From Escherichia phage QL01, in sequence record NC_028847.1: DNA of 64,000 bases. One strand, written 5' to 3'. Below the pieces are notes generated by a model. That model ran no database searches, was not told the DNA's origin, and saw only the letters and a list, made by a program, of their open reading frames with translations. Below, in pieces: positions 63,721-64,000 of the stretch. The translations under genes were made by a program, and so were the position numbers. The stretch's first letter is position 1. The number at the start of each line of letters is the position of its first letter.

Positions 63721-63948
63721 TTATTTTCCTAACGAAATACGAGTAGGTTTTTTACCGAAATAGTCTTCATAAGAACCATCTAAACGACCTGCTTTAGACC
63801 GACAATATGAATCGTACTTTTTGTAATAAGTCATCTCAGTATTATAACGCGGGTGTCTATCAGCCATAATAATACTTAACGGCCAACCTTTGGCATAATC
63901 GCGAAGACCATTTATTTTACGAATGTATCTTTTCTTTAATTTTAGCAT
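63721..63948 (-). CDS. hypothetical basic protein
   Basis: 75 aa. Confidence 0.4.
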   Translation of the reverse strand: MLKLKKRYIRKINGLRDYAKGWPLSIIMADRHPRYNTEMTYYKKYDSYCRSKAGRLDGSYEDYFGKKPTRISLGK

Positions 63949-64000
63949 GAGCTCGGATACCAGATTTTACCATCGGCCTGAGCAACGAAGGTGCGACCAG

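Noticed and set aside
1-64000. CRISPR array, rRNA or tRNA genes
   Set aside because: The only regular repeats are the ~50-bp promoter cassettes, which are kilobases apart and lack spacer architecture; no tRNA-like cloverleaf or rRNA-like segment was recognised by eye. A tRNAscan run would be needed to exclude tRNAs formally.

Overview
This window is a contiguous early/middle-gene region of a T-even (T4-like, apparently RB69/Mosigvirus-like) myovirus. Essentially every supported gene is on the minus strand. Recognisable core genes run in T4 order: rIIB (start only), rIIA, fused topoisomerase gene 39, dexA, dda, srd-like, modB/modA-like ADP-ribosyltransferases, soc, 56, 61, sp-like, dmd-like, 41, uvsX, 42, imm-like, 43, regA, 62, 44, 45, rpbA, 46, 47, 55, nrdH-like, 49, nrdC, tk, regB, three internal-protein genes, denV, e and nudE. 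Gene identities come from reading the ORF-track translations against remembered T4 proteins and motifs; no database search was run. The most interesting content is a three-gene insertion between gene 42 and imm/43: a P-loop kinase, a small HAD phosphatase and a sugar-1-phosphate nucleotidyltransferase fused to an APH-like kinase. Together with a non-T4-like ORF at the beta-glucosyltransferase locus and no alpha-gt gene between 47 and 55, this looks like a phage-encoded NDP-sugar pathway for non-glucose hypermodification of hmC DNA (inference). Other notable items are a family of about 20 near-identical early-promoter cassettes with covarying inverted repeats around the Shine-Dalgarno, a Seg-like GIY-YIG homing endonuclease gene at the alpha-gt locus, a lone plus-strand membrane-peptide ORF, and an accessory island between nrdC and tk carrying an AAA+ ATPase and a Pol-beta-type nucleotidyltransferase. 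No tRNA, rRNA or CRISPR array was seen. CDS coordinates follow the ORF track (stop included), with starts moved to internal Met where a promoter or RBS demanded it; hand-called small ORFs and DNA motifs may be off by 1-2 nt, and one local reading near regA disagreed with the track by a nucleotide.
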